From Anolis carolinensis (Eukaryota), in assembly GCF_035594765.1 (NCBI RefSeq), contig NW_026943823.1, positions 14,508,001 through 14,572,000 on the forward strand: a DNA stretch of 64,000 nucleotides. The letters are read 5' to 3'. The position numbers were made by a program, and so were the translations under genes. The notes beneath the pieces were generated by a model. That model was not told where the DNA came from, made no database searches, and saw only the letters and a program-made list of their open reading frames with translations. The stretch's first letter is position 1. Every line of letters begins with the position of its first letter. Shown piece after piece: positions 1 to 15,229 of the stretch.

Positions 1-3000
1 TGCAGGGCTTGAGTGTTCCAATGAACGTAGTGCAGGGCTTGAGTGTTCCAATGAACGTAGTGCAGGGCTTGAGTGTTCCAGTGAACGTAGTGCAGGGCTT
101 GAGTGTTCCAATGAACGTAGAGCAGGGCTTGAGTGTTCCAATGAACGTAGAGCAGGGCTTGAGTGTTCCAGTGAACGTAGTGCAGGGCTTGAGTGTTCCA
201 ATGAACGTAGAGCAGGGCTTGAGTGTTCCAGTGAACGTAGTGCAGGGCTTGAGTGTTCCAATGAACGTAGAGCAGGGCTTGAGTGTTCCAATGAACGTAG
301 AGCAGGGCTTGAGTGTTCCAATGAACGTAGAGCAGGGCTTGAGTGTTCCAATGAACGTAGAGCAGGGCTTGAGTGTTCCAATGAACGTAGTGCAGGGCCT
401 GAGTGTTCCAATGAACGTAGAGCAGGGCCTGAGTGTTCCAATGAACGTAGAGCAGGGTTTGAGTGTTCCAATGAACGTAGTGCAGGGCTTGAGTGTTCCA
501 ATGAACGTAGAGCAGGGTTTGAGTGTTCCAGTGAACGTAGAGCAGGGCTTGAGTGTTCCAATGAACGTAGTGCAGGGCTTGAATGTTCCAATGAACGTAG
601 TGCAGGGCTTGAGTGTTCCAATGAACGTAGTGCAGGGCTTGAGTGATCCAGTGAACGTAGTGCAGGGCTTGAGTGTTCCAATGAACGTAGTGCAGGGCTT
701 GAATGTTCCAATGAACGTAGTGCAGGGCTTGAGTGTTCCAATGAACGTAGTGCAGGGCTTGAGTGTTCCAATGAACGTAGTGCAGGGCTTGAATGTTCCA
801 ATGAACGTAGTGCAGGGCTTGAGTGTTCCAATGAACGTAGTGCAGGGCTTGAGTGTTCCAGTGAACGTAGTGCAGGGCTTGAGTGTTCCAATGAACGTAG
901 AGCAGGGCTTGAGTGTTCCAATGAACGTAGAGCAGGGCTTGAGTGTTCCAATGAACGTAGTGCAGGGCTTGAGTGATCCAATGAACGTAGTGCAGGGCTT
1001 GAGTGATCCAATGAACGTAGTGCAGGGCTTGAGTGTTCCAGTGAACGTAGTGCAGGGCTTGAGTGTTCCAATGAACGTAGAGCAGGGCTTGAGTGTTCCA
1101 ATGAACGTAGTGCAGGGCTTGAGTGTTCCAATGAACGTAGTGCAGGGCTTGAGTGTTCCAATGAACGTAGTGCAGGGCTTGAGTGTTCCAATGAACGTAG
1201 TGCAGGGCTTGAGTGTTCCAATGAACGTAGTGCAGGGCTTGAGTGTTCCAATGAACGTAGTGCAGGGCTTGAGTGTTCCAATGAACGTAGTGCAGGGCTT
1301 GAGTGTTCCAATGAACGTAGTGCAGGGCTTGAGTGTTCCAATGAACGTAGTGCAGGGCTTGAGTGTTCCAATGAACGTAGAGCAGGGCTTGAGTGTTCCA
1401 ATGAACGTAGTGCAGGGCTTGAGTGTTCCAATGAACGTAGAGCAGGGCTTGAGTGTTCAAATGAACGTAGTGCAGGGCTTGAGTGTTCAAATGAACGTAG
1501 AGCAGGGCTTGAGTGTTCCAATGAACGTAGTGCAGGGCTTGAGTGTTCCAATGAACGTAGTGCAGGGCTTGAGTGTTCCAATGAACGTAGTGCAGGGCTT
1601 GAGTGTTCCAATGAACGTAGTGCAGGGCTTGAGTGTTCCAATGAACGTAGAGCAGGGCTTGAGTGTTCCAATGAACGTAGTGCAGGGCTTGAATGTTCCA
1701 ATGAACGTAGAGCAGGGCTTGAGTGTTCCAATGAACGTAGTGCAGGGCTTGAGTGTTCCAATGAACGTAGTGCAGGGCTTGAGTGTTCCAATGAACGTAG
1801 AGCAGGGCTTGAGTGTTCAAATGAACGTAGTGCAGGGCTTGAGTGTTCCAATGAACGTAGAGCAGGGCTTGAGTGTTCCAATGAACGTAGTGCAGGGCTT
1901 GAGTGTTCCAATGAACGTAGTGCAGGGCTTGAGTGTTCCAATGAACGTAGTGCAGGGCTTGAGTGTTCCAATGAACGTAGAGCAGGGCTTGAGTGTTCCA
2001 GTGAACGTAGTGCAGGGCTTGAGTGTTCCAATGAACGTAGAGCAGGGCTTGAGTGTTCCAATGAACGTAGAGCAGGGCTTGAGTGTTCCAATGAACGTAG
2101 TGCAGGGCCTGAGTGTTCCAATGAACGTAGAGCAGGGCCTGAGTGTTCCAATGAACGTAGAGCAGGGTTTGAGTGTTCCAATGAACGTAGTGCAGGGCTT
2201 GAGTGTTCCAATGAACGTAGAGCAGGGTTTGAGTGTTCCAGTGAACGTAGAGCAGGGCTTGAGTGTTCCAATGAACGTAGTGCAGGGCTTGAATGTTCCA
2301 ATGAACGTAGTGCAGGGCTTGAGTGTTCCAATGAACGTAGTGCAGGGCTTGAGTGATCCAGTGAACGTAGTGCAGGGCTTGAGTGTTCCAATGAACGTAG
2401 TGCAGGGCTTGAATGTTCCAATGAACGTAGTGCAGGGCTTGAGTGTTCCAATGAACGTAGTGCAGGGCTTGAGTGTTCCAATGAACGTAGTGCAGGGCTT
2501 GAATGTTCCAATGAACGTAGTGCAGGGCTTGAGTGTTCCAATGAACGTAGAGCAGGGCTTGAGTGTTCCAGTGAACGTAGTGCAGGGCTTGAGTGTTCCA
2601 ATGAACGTAGAGCAGGGCTTGAGTGTTCCAATGAACGTAGAGCAGGGCTTGAGTGTTCCAATGAACGTAGTGCAGGGCTTGAGTGATCCAATGAACGTAG
2701 TGCAGGGCTTGAGTGATCCAATGAACGTAGTGCAGGGCTTGAGTGTTCCAGTGAACGTAGTGCAGGGCTTGAGTGTTCCAATGAACGTAGAGCAGGGCTT
2801 GAGTGTTCCAATGAACGTAGTGCAGGGCTTGAGTGTTCCAATGAACGTAGTGCAGGGCTTGAGTGTACCAATGAACGTAGTGCAGGGCTTGAGTGTTCCA
2901 ATGAACGTAGTGCAGGGCTTGAGTGTTCCAATGAACGTAGTGCAGGGCTTGAGTGTTCCAATGAACGTAGTGCAGGGCTTGAGTGTTCCAATGAACGTAG

Positions 3001-3596
3001 TGCAGGGCTTGAGTGTTCCAATGAACGTAGTGCAGGGCTTGAGTGTTCCAATGAACGTAGTGCAGGGCTTGAGTGTTCCAATGAACGTAGTGCAGGGCTT
3101 GAGTGTTCCAATGAACGTAGAGCAGGGCTTGAGTGTTCCAATGAACGTAGTGCAGGGCTTGAGTGTTCCAATGAACGTAGAGCAGGGCTTGAGTGTTCAA
3201 ATGAACGTAGTGCAGGGCTTGAGTGTTCAAATGAACGTAGAGCAGGGCTTGAGTGTTCCAATGTACGTAGTGCAGGGCTTGAGTGTTCCAATGAACGTAG
3301 TGCAGGGCTTGAGTGTTCCAATGAACGTAGTGCAGGGCTTGAGTGTTCCAATGAACGTAGTGCAGGGCTTGAGTGTTCCAATGAACGTAGAGCAGGGCTT
3401 GAGTGTTCCAATGAACGTAGTGCAGGGCTTGAGTTTTCCAATGAACGTAGAGCAGGGCTTGAGTGTTCCAATGAACGTAGTGCAGGGCTTGAGTGTTCCA
3501 ATGAACGTAGTGCAGGGCTTGAGTGTTCAAATGAACGTAGTGCAGGGCTTGAGTGTTCCAATGAACGTAGAGCAGGGCTTGAGTGTTCCAATGAAC
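1..3596. repeat. 30-bp tandem minisatellite (consensus TGCAGGGCTTGAGTGTTCCAATGAACGTAG), about 120 units, continues beyond the window start
   Basis: Directly visible 30-nt period with a few recurrent variants (agcag/tgcag, gtgaac/atgaac, gatcca, gttcaa). The 1197-aa ORF (SVPMNVVQGL)n is its translation. Confidence 0.98.
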
Positions 3597-4403
3597 CACT
3601 GAAGTCATGCCCTCCCGGGGGGGGGGGGGGGGCGGCACAAGGGAGGTTTCAGACACAGCACGATCCAAAACCTCAATGGCAGATCAGGCAGAAGATAACA
3701 TGGTACATGTTACAACTGCTGTGAAGATGGAAGAAGGCTGCAAGAGACTGAGAGGCCACCATTGTCATCTTAACCATGCCACTGATTAGAACCGTCACTC
3801 TGTGAAGACTGTGTCTTGATAGGCTGTGCACCAACCTCCACACATTAAATAAACTCACGCACAGGTGTCTTCGAAGAACTTGGAAGGCCATTATACTTGA
3901 ATAATGAGGGATCACCTAAGTAAGTAAGGGCCCAACTCTCTTCTCTTGGAAATGTGGCCTCCCCAGGGCCTTCTGCAGCTCACTGCTGAAATTGTGGCTG
4001 GAATGAAAGGCCATGGAAAGGACCCCCCCCCCCCCCCCCAGTCTTAGGAGCTGTCCTGCGTTGCAAACTGTTGGAAATGTATGGCACCTTGCAGGTGTTT
4101 TAGAAACAGAGCTGTTGTGATGCCAGGAAAATCCCATAAGGAAAGTCCCATAATGTCTCAGCCAATGACAAGGCAATACCAGTCTTTCAGCTTCCATTGG
4201 GAGATCCTCCATCCTCAATGCAGGCACCCTCAAGACAGATGTGCTATAGCCAGGCTTTAGCACAGCAGGTTAATCCCCAAGCTGCAATAAATCTTGTCAA
4301 CCAGAGAGTTAAGAGTTCGAAGCCCGGGTCAGGGTGAGCTCCTGACCTTTAGCCCAGCTTCTGCCTACCTAGCAGTTCGAAAACAAATGTGAATAGATAG
4401 ATA

Positions 4404-4733
4404 AGGTAGGTAATGGTTTTCCCCTAACGTTAAGTCCTGTCGTGACTAACTCTGGGGGTTGGTGCTCATCTCAATTTCTAAGCCGAAGAGCCGGCGTTGT
4501 CCGCAGACACCTCCAAGGTCATGTGGCTGGCATGACTGCATGGAGCGCCATTACCTTCCCGCCGGAGCGGTACCTATTGATCTACTCACATTTGCATGTT
4601 TTCAAACTGCTAGGTTGGCAGGAGCTGGGGCTAACAGCGGGCGCTCATTCCGCTCCCGGGATTTGAACCTGGCACCTTTCGGTCTGCAAGTTCAGCAGCT
4701 CAGTGCTTTAACGCACTGTGCCACCAGGGGCCC
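4404..4733 (-). mobile_element. Sauria SINE, nested in an older tRNA-derived SINE (about 4260-5005)
   Basis: tRNA-like head at right (revcomp ggcccctggtggcacagtgcgttaaagcactgagctgctgaacttgcagaccgaaagg), BovB-like (ACCTTT)-type tail at left, flanking duplication gaatagatagata. Confidence 0.85.
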
Positions 4734-5527
4734 TTACGAATAGATAGATAGGAACTGCATTAAAGCAGGGTTACGAACAAAGAAAGCTCTTTGGCAGGGA
4801 GATGGAGCGACAGCACCCCCTGGTGGCCAGAACCAAGCACAGCCTCCAAAGATGCCGAAAGATGGGAAAGCTTATATTTACCTCTGTTTGTTGTCTGTCA
4901 TTGTTATAATCGGGATTGACTGTTTGCAGTATATGTGTTCTGTGATCTGCCCTGAGTCCCCTTCAAGGTGAGAAGGGTGAAATATAAATACTGTAAATAA
5001 ATAATAACAAATAAATTGATACCAACTGTGCAAACCGGTTCCATATTTTGTTTTGAAATTGGCCGCAGATGTCAAGAAGCCCCACATCCTAGCCCAGCTT
5101 TGGGTTTGCCCATCTGACCCCAAGGGAGGACAAACGGCGTGTGAAAGTAGCACCCCAACACAGAATGAACCCACTCCCCAATTTGGCAGACAAGCAGCAC
5201 ATTGAAAGGGGAGACTGTCTCCCCAGAGAGAGAGATCTGTGGGGTCTTCTCAATGGCAAAGGGGCAATCTGTGAGTTAGCACGTGTTGGTGGAGAAAATA
5301 ACACCTCCTCCCCACCCCTCCACCCCCAGTTGCACCACTTGCTCTCAGCACCACGTCTCTGGCCCATGCAAGGAATAACCCACCCGGCTCCCATTTGAAA
5401 TCACAATTTCTCTTGGTTTAAACAAAATGTATAAATACAACAAAGCAGCACACAACAAGAGACCACAGATATTATCTGGCTTAGCACCCTTGAAAAGGAG
5501 GTGTCTCTGTGTGACAGCATCTGCGTA

Positions 5528-5562
<35 letters not shown>

Positions 5563-6131
5563 AAGGTGGGGACACATGGGGTCCAGGGCCAGGTCGTAAC
5601 CTGGTCCAGCTCCATTGCCTTGGGGGCCCTTGGGGAGGAGGGGGTTTGGTGGAGGAGGAGCCCAGAGCGGCCTTGGTAATGTGCAGGCAAGACCAGGGAT
5701 GTGTCTGTAAGCAGCCTTTTTCTGAGTGGGGGAGCCTTGCCATATAGATAATGACAAACGGAGGGAGGGAGAGGGCCTTCTTTGGATGGGGAGGTTGAGT
5801 GGTGCTGAGGGGGAGGCAGAAGGACATCCCTGGGGAGGGAGGGAAGGAGACAAAGCAACCCAGGGGAAGGGATATGAGCAGCAGGCCAAGGGAAGTGTAG
5901 AGTGAAGGATGAGGAGGCAAAGGTAGTGGAGAAGGAGCAGTCCTCAGCCTCCCCAGGACGGACTCACACTTGCCAGGACCAACAAACCCTCCTCCTGCCT
6001 CTCAAATGCAAAGTGGAGAACAGGACAGACCTCCTGCACTGTCCCTTGGCCCTCATGATGAGAAGCCCTATCTGTATGCAAGTCTGATGGCTGGAAGGCC
6101 TGGTCCTGGAGGTAGCCTCCTCTCAAGCCCC

Positions 6132-6167
<36 letters not shown>

Positions 6168-6373
6168 CTGCCTCCTGAGAAGCCACTGTCTCGCAACTCA
6201 GGGTCCTCTGCTTGACGCCTGGAGGTGCAGAATGCACATCTCAGTCCTCTCTTGTGTTCAGTGCTGTCCCACAAGCAAAGGGGGCCGGGTATCAGTGGGT
6301 TCCTGGCGAAGGAGGCAATAAGGCTGCTCCGTGGGGGCACTGGCTGGTGAGTCCTGATAGCTCGTCCACACAG

Positions 6374-9735
<3,362 letters not shown>

Positions 9736-9959
9736 GGTCCGTTCTCCTTGCCCACGGGGTCACTTGGGGTCTCGGCCCATCTGTGGGGAGGAGGAGGAGG
9801 GAGAGGTGTCAGGTCAAGGAAGGGGAAACCCAGGGAGGGGTCTCTTCCCGAGACGAGGCGCTCCTTTGCAGGGCCTCCAGAGCCCCCCTCCCATCATTGA
9901 AATAAGGATGAAGAGATGGATGAATGGAATAAGGATAAACAGAGGGAAGGAGGGGCCAT

Positions 9960-10480
9960 TCAGGGAGGGACCCTTTCTCGCCCCCGCCCCCCCCCCGGCC
10001 GGAGGAGGAAGTTGCCATGGCAACAGCGAGGAGGCGTGAGGGGGAGGCAGCCTCTGACGTCACCTGGACAACCAACCCCCCCCCACACACACACCAATTA
10101 GGAGGGAGTGATGAAGAGAGGGATGGAGGGAAGGCTTCCCTTTGCCCCACCCTTCCCGCTCGCCCTCACCTCGGCCCCGTCGCCCCACCGGAGGAGGAGA
10201 GGGGCAGGCAGGCTGTAGCGGTTCCGTCCAGCGGCGGGAGACGCCCGTCGGGCGGGAGAGAGGGGAGGAGAGGGGGGGGGGTCCTCGGGAGGGGCGTGGC
10301 CCGGGCGCGCGTCCTGGCCAATCAGGTCCGCGGGGGAAGCCGGACACAGCTGCTGACGTCAAAGCGGAGCCCGGAGGGGAGGGGAGGGGGCCCGCCAAGT
10401 CTTCTGGGGAGTGGAGTCTTCAGCACCGCGGACAGCGCCTGCGCCGCCCCGTCCGGCCACCAGGGGGCGCCGCTGCAGCG
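9960..10480 (-). promoter_or_regulatory. CpG-island promoter of PRRG3 with RFX X-box, two CRE sites, GC box, CCAAT box, RE1/NRSE and CTCF motifs
   Basis: GTTGCCATGGCAAC 10011-10024; TGACGTCA 10055-10062 and 10354-10361; GGGGCGTGGC 10291; CCAAT 10318; TTCAGCACCGCGGACAGCGCC 10419-10439; CCACCAGGGGGCGC 10457-10470; high CpG density. Confidence 0.8.
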
Positions 10481-10529
10481 CTTAAGAAAGCAGAGGTTGT
10501 GAGGTCTGTTGGAAACTAGTCAAGTGGGA

Positions 10530-12222
10530 TGTGTTGTCATGGCCGGGATCACAAGGTTGTTGTATGTTTTCCGGGCTGTATGACCATGTTCTAGAAGTAT
10601 TCTCTTCTGACGTTTCGCCCACATCTATGGCAGACAGGCATGTAGCCGGGCCGGGGGGGGGGGGGGGCTTGAGGGGCTTCAATGGTCCATGAGAAGGCCT
10701 TACATGTATTATTTAAACTGTTACGTTTATTCATATCATGATCTGATCACCATGCTCAATATATCCCATATGCAAGGGGTATTGAGATAATGATACAAAA
10801 GGTTTGTTATAGTAGACCCTCTCCCACTCAGACTCAGCCCCTCCCTCACCCGAAACAAAATTCCAGCCCCTCCCGAAACAAAATCCTGGCTATGGGCCTG
10901 ATGGCAGGCATCCTCAGAGGTTGTGAGGTATGGAGAAACTAAGCAAGGAAGGTTTATATAAGGTAAAGGTAAAGGTTTCCCCTGACGTTACGTCCAGTCA
11001 TGTCTGACTCTGGGGTGTGGTGCTCATCTCCATTTCTAAGCCGAAGAGCAGGTGTTGTCCGTAGACATGTAGCTGGCATGACTGCATGGAGCGCCGTTAC
11101 CTTCCTGCCGGAGCGGTAACTATTGATCTACTCACATTGGCATGTTTTCGAACCTCTAGGTTGGCAGGAGTTGGAGCTAACAGCGGCCGCTCCCGCCGCT
11201 CCCGGGGCTTGAACCTGGGACCTTTCGGTCTGCAGCTCAGTGCTTTAACGCACTTTGCCACCGGGACTCCTTAAGGTTTATATATATCTGTGGAAAGTCC
11301 AGGGTGAGAGAAGAACTCTTTGTCAGTTGGAGGCCAGTGTGAATGTTGTAATTAATCACCTTGATTAGCATTGAATAGCTTCATCTCCTGCCTTCTTCCT
11401 GCCTGGGGGCATCCTTTGTTCAGAGTCGTTAGCTGCCCCTGGTTCCCATGTCTGGAACTCCTCTGTTTTCAGAGTGTGGCTTCTTATTTGCTGTTCTGAT
11501 TTTTGGTTTTTTTTTAATACTGGTAGCCAGATTTTGTTCATTTTCATGGTTTCCTCCTTTATGTTGAAGTTGTCCACATGCTTGTGAATTTCAATGGCTT
11601 CTCTGTGTAGTCTGACATGATAGTTGTTGGAGTGGTCAAGGATTTCTGTGTTCTCAAATAATATCCTGTGTCCAGGTTGGTTCATCAAGTGCTCTGCTAT
11701 GGCTGATTTCTCTGGTTGAGTTAGACTGAAGTGCCTTTCATGTTCTTTGACTCGTGTTTGGGCAATGCTGCGTTTGGTGGTCCCTATGTAGACTGCATGG
11801 TATGTGGTAGACTCCTGCAGAGGTGAGAGGATCCCTCTTGTCCTTCGCTGACCGCAGCATTTGTTGGATTTTCTTTGTGGGTCTGTAGATAGTTTGTAGG
11901 TTGTGCTTCTTCATCAGTTTGCCTATGCGGTCAGTGGTTCCCTTGATGTATGGTAAGAACACCTTTCCTCTGGGTGGATCTTTGTCTTTACTTTCCTGGC
12001 TTGCTCTTGGCCTTACACCTATTCTGATGTCCATGGTGGAGTATCCATTGGCATGTAGAGTTCTTCTCTCACCCTGGACTTTCCACAGATATATAAACTT
12101 TCCTTGCTTAGTTTCTCCATACCTCACAACCTCTGAGGATGCCTGCCATAGATGTGGGTGAAATGTCAGGAGAGAATACTTCTAGAACATGGCCATACAG
12201 CCCGGAAAACATACAACAATCC
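10530..12222 (-). mobile_element. Penelope-like element (Poseidon type), 5'-truncated, with degenerate GIY-YIG endonuclease and an inverted pseudo-LTR
   Basis: KVFLPYIKGTTDRIGKLMKKH...SAGVYHIPCS and HRILFENTEILDHSNNYHVRLHREAIEIHK. The pLTR at 10530-10960 (-) is mirrored at 12057-12222 (+). Nested hAT MITE 10635-10900 (8-bp TSD atggcagR) and Sauria SINE 10961-11270. Confidence 0.85.
10961..11270 (-). mobile_element. Sauria SINE
   Basis: aggtaaaggtaaagg tail and Sauria body; flanked by aaggtttatata repeats. Confidence 0.85.
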
Positions 12223-12253
12223 TCGTCAAGTGGGGTTTCGATATCTGTGCAAT

Positions 12254-12465
12254 TGAGCCCCCGGTGGCGTAGTGCGTTAATCCCTGATGACTTGAAGGTT
12301 GGGTTGCTGACGTGAAGGTTTCTGGTTTGAATCCAACCCAGGGAGAGAGTGGATGAGCTCCCTCTGTCAGCTCCAGTTTCATGCAGGGACATGAGAGAAG
12401 CCTCCCACAAGGATAGTAAAAACATCAAAACATCCGGGCAACATCCTTGCAGATGGCCAATTAGC
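12254..12465 (+). mobile_element. Anolis SINE2-like tRNA-derived SINE (partial)
   Basis: gagcccccggtggcgtagtg head and gacatgagagaagcctcccacaaggat core shared with other copies in the window. Confidence 0.7.
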
Positions 12466-12548
12466 TCCATCTGTGAAATGATTTCCAGGGTGGAAGAGAA
12501 GAGACAGAAGCCCCTTCTGGGACAAAGAAAGCATGCATAGAAATATGG

Positions 12549-12682
12549 CAGTGGTTCTCAACCTGAGGGTCCCCAGATGTTTTTGGCCTTCAACTCCCAG
12601 AAATCCTAACATCTGGCAAATTAGCTTGGATTTGTGCGAGTTTTAGGCCAAAGCACCTGGGGACCCCAGGATGAGAACCACA
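12549..12682. mobile_element. hAT-family palindromic MITE (related copies at 8332-8455 and 17661-17794)
   Basis: CAGTGGTTCTCAACCT...TGAGAACCAC terminal inverted repeats with internal palindrome. Confidence 0.7.
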
Positions 12683-13288
12683 GGAATATGGGGAAAGAAA
12701 GCCCTCATTCTAATCCTATTTCCTCTCTAGGTACTCCTTGAAGTCTGGAGACTTGGTGACACAAGAGACTTGTGCAGTTCAAAGGATGAAACCCAACAAG
12801 AACTCATGTCTGTTTAAGGCAGGTGTGAATGTTGCAGTTGGCCAACTTGATTCGCATTGAATAGCCTTACAGCTTCAAGGTCTGGCTTCTTCCTGCCTGG
12901 GGGAATCCTTTGCTGGGAGGCGTTTGCTGGCCCTGATTGATTCATGTCTGGAATTCCTCTGTTTTCTGAGTGGTTGGGTTATCTAGCAATCATGCATGCA
13001 TTTTCAATGTGGGATTGTTTATGTAGTTAGTTTTGCTTGTTGCTTAGTAACCTGAAGCCAAAGCTGCATTCCAGAGTTGATGGTACCATTTGGGGGTTTT
13101 TTCATGTGATGTGGGAAATGGGAGTATGCTCCCTGGAGACTTACAGGAAGTGACATGTGCCTTTAGAATTTGGGGCATAAAAGGAGAGACTTTCTTTTGT
13201 TCTCTCTCTTTGGCTCTTCATGCTTCTTCCTGTTTCTTGATCCTGCCATGCCATGCTGATGTTACTTCTTTGTTAAGAGATATGTATA

Positions 13289-13542
13289 AGGAGCCTCCAA
13301 TGGCCTAGGGGATAAAAGCCTCGTGACTTGAAGTTTGGGTTGCTGACCTGAAGGCTGCCAGGTTTGAATCCCACCTCCCTCTATCAGCTCCAGCTCCATG
13401 CAGGGACATGAGAGAAGCTACCCACAAGGATGGTAAAACATCAAAAAAAAATCCAAGCGTCCCCTGGGCAACGTCCTTGCAGACGGCCAATTCTCTCACT
13501 CCAGAAGCAACTCCGGTTGCTCCTGACAAGAAAAAAAAAAAA
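13289..13542 (+). mobile_element. Anolis SINE2-like element
   Basis: ggagcctccaatggcctaggggataaaagcc head, conserved core, A-rich tail. Confidence 0.75.
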
Positions 13543-13833
13543 GAGAGAGATGTATTATCCTGAACTATATTCTTTTGGAACTAAGATGTTTTTATCTGTA
13601 TGACCATCATCATACAAGATTGTGAGTAAACATATTTTTACTTTTTTACTTTTGCTGTCTCTGATGCTTATTTTATGCACATGACTCTTTAAAGGGAAAG
13701 GGAGGCTGGCTATTTTCCTTTTTTTCTCACCTCTGCTCACATAAACCCCTAGTCTTCTGCGTTATTGCTACTCTGCACCAATATCTAACCATATTGGTAT
13801 CATAATCCTAACAGGTTATGAATATATTCCTAA

Positions 13834-14452
13834 TGTTGTGGTAATCTCTGAGCGGTTAGACTCTCTGGGAGAGATTCCACCAAAATCAGCAGAGTAGCAA
13901 AAGCAAAGCTTTCAAATGCAGCAGTTACTTACACGGGGCGAGCAAAGAGAAGCCTTTGACCATTTAGGATTGCAATGGACTGCAGAGTCTCAATAAAAGT
14001 TCGAAAAGTATTTATTCAGGTAAAAAGAACTCCATTGTAGATAGAAAGGCTTGGGAGCTGTCTAGTCTACTCTACACTGGTTTCTAAGGAAAAATAAGAA
14101 AGGAAAAATAACAAACATCTAAATAGTTACATCTTGCCAGGAGAGACAGCAAGATGCTGCTTGTTAGCTAGAAGAACAAAGGAAGAAGAGAGAACCAAAA
14201 TGGTTCCAACCTCATGGTCCAGTTTATTGGGGCCATAAAAGACATTCTGACCAATGAGAAGTTAGTGTCCCTAAAGATTCACATTTCTACTAACTTCAAA
14301 GTAAGGGATGTGACGTACACAGGATAGAGTGAAACACAGTCAAGCCTATCTAGGCATGCTTTGGAAACAGGGAAAGGATTCCCTCAATCTAACTCTATCA
14401 TCTATCTAACTAACTACATTTAGACTTGAGTAGTCCAGGGTGATTCCCAACA
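13834..14452 (-). mobile_element. Solo LTR, 619 bp, with 5-bp TSD CCTAA
   Basis: TGTTG...CAACA termini; cctaa at 13829-13833 and 14453-14457; homologous to the 8574-9697 LTR. Confidence 0.75.
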
Positions 14453-14459
14453 CCTAATA

Positions 14460-14735
14460 CCTCCTAACAAAGGCTTCCCCCAGGCAGTAAGCAGCCAGGC
14501 CTTCAAGCTGCAAGGCTATTCAATGCTAATCAAGGTGTCCCATGGCAACATTCAAGCAGACAAGAGTTCTTTCTCCCACCCTGGACCTTTCGCAAATAAA
14601 TAAACCCCTCTTGTCTAGTTTCTTCTAACAGATCTCACAACCTCTGAGGATGCCTGCCATGGCTGTGGGCGAAACGTCAGGAGAGAATGCTTCGGGAACA
14701 GAGCCATACAGCCTGGAAAACTCACAGTAACCCAG
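14460..14735 (+). mobile_element. Penelope 3' end/pLTR with intact minimal hammerhead motif
   Basis: cct-CTGAGGA-tgcctgccatggctgtgggc-GAAAC-GTC-agg at 14641-14681. Confidence 0.8.
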
Positions 14736-15229
14736 ATAACTTTTTAAAGACTTTGTGTGACCCCAAGGCACACCAGGCAGGCGAAGGGCCTCTCCCCCTT
14801 CCTTTCCTCCTCCGCTCGCCAGCCAGCCCTTCGGGGCAATCGGGCCAGAGGGAGATAAAGCGAGCCTCCGCCGGATGCAAGGGAGCCCTTTGGACGCCGC
14901 ACCCTTCCTCACCCCCCCCCCGCCCCCCGCTGCGCCTTAAGGGACCCAAAGATCGCCCTGGCTGACGTGCTTCTTCCGCGCATGCGCTCACAGGCAGGCA
15001 GGCAGCCTGGCCCCGCGCCCAATCCGCTAAGCCCCTCCAGGAATGCCGCCCGTTCAGCCCCGCCGCCTGCCTGGCACCGAGGCCCCGAAGCCGGGCTCAT
15101 GAATGCAGAGAAGCCCGCTCTCCATCCCCCCGCCCGCCCCCAAAGACCCTGTGTTCGCTCCAGCACAACTTTATTCTACCTATTCTATTGAGTTGCCTTT
15201 TCCACCCAAAGGGAATTTCCCCCCAAATT

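Noticed and set aside
1-3596. CRISPR-like array, or a genuine 1197-aa protein
   Set aside because: Units are contiguous with no unique spacers and the DNA is eukaryotic. The ORF follows from a stop-free 30-mer and starts at TTG with no other coding evidence.
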